Positions 63,734 to 64,000 of a DNA stretch of 64,000 nucleotides are shown one piece after another. How positions within the stretch are numbered: position 1 is the first letter of the stretch; each line of letters starts with the position of its first letter. The notes beneath the pieces are model-generated. The model worked only from the letters and a program-made list of their open reading frames with translations, was not told the origin of the DNA and did not search any database. The stretch comes from Takakia lepidozioides. Its lineage: Eukaryota; Plantae; Bryophyta. The stretch lies in contig CM060732.1 in the NCBI GenBank assembly GCA_030704615.1, positions 10,168,001 to 10,232,000 on the forward strand, in the 5' to 3' direction. Both the position numbers and the translations under genes were made by a program.

Positions 63734-64000
63734 ACAAGGAGGACATCCACAGACTTGTCTCTCATGTAGACCAAAACAGGTTCTAGAAACAGAGTTGTGG
63801 ATCTTTCATAGGATCCACACATTCATACTCAAAAAATTCCATAGATTTTTAGCAGAGTCCAAAAAACTAAAACCTCAGTATGTAGATTTCCACAATCTGC
63901 AGGTCCTCGCGCAAATTTGAGGTCAAACAGCCTTTGTATGACCAAGTTATGGCAAAAACAGGCTCTGTATAATTTAAATTGGATCAAAACAAAGCTCCAA

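Overview
Eukaryotic, almost entirely transposon-derived DNA with no intact host gene. A land-plant origin is supported by a PLS-type PPR fragment and plant-type Ty3/Gypsy, CACTA and MULE elements; a non-seed plant is my guess only. The core is a nest of elements. A CACTA/EnSpm element (~19.7-60.6 kb, right TIR ending 60597) has its transposase split by a 32.6-kb Ty3/Gypsy element (24598-57221, GTAGT TSD). That Gypsy element contains a non-autonomous CACTA (29605-35874, ACC TSD, holding a LINE and a PPR fragment) and a chromovirus (39032-54609). The chromovirus in turn holds a 120-bp satellite and a gene-rich cargo block. The left 19 kb has further Gypsy and CACTA fragments, a head-to-head MULE/SWIM gene pair inside a 1.15-kb inverted repeat, and a second copy of part of the cargo block. 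Two observations stand out. (1) An uninterrupted SET-domain ORF (21107-22081) lies inside the CACTA transposase locus, with splice phases that would let one Cys/His first exon join either the SET exon or the transposase. (2) A repeated cargo module combines a RING-finger gene, arrays of the 22-bp palindrome GGAAATGCGGCGCCGCATTTCC and a divergent pair of paralogous ~190-aa proteins I cannot assign to a family; the same palindrome sits beside the MULE/SWIM genes. All coordinates were read by eye and no database search was run.
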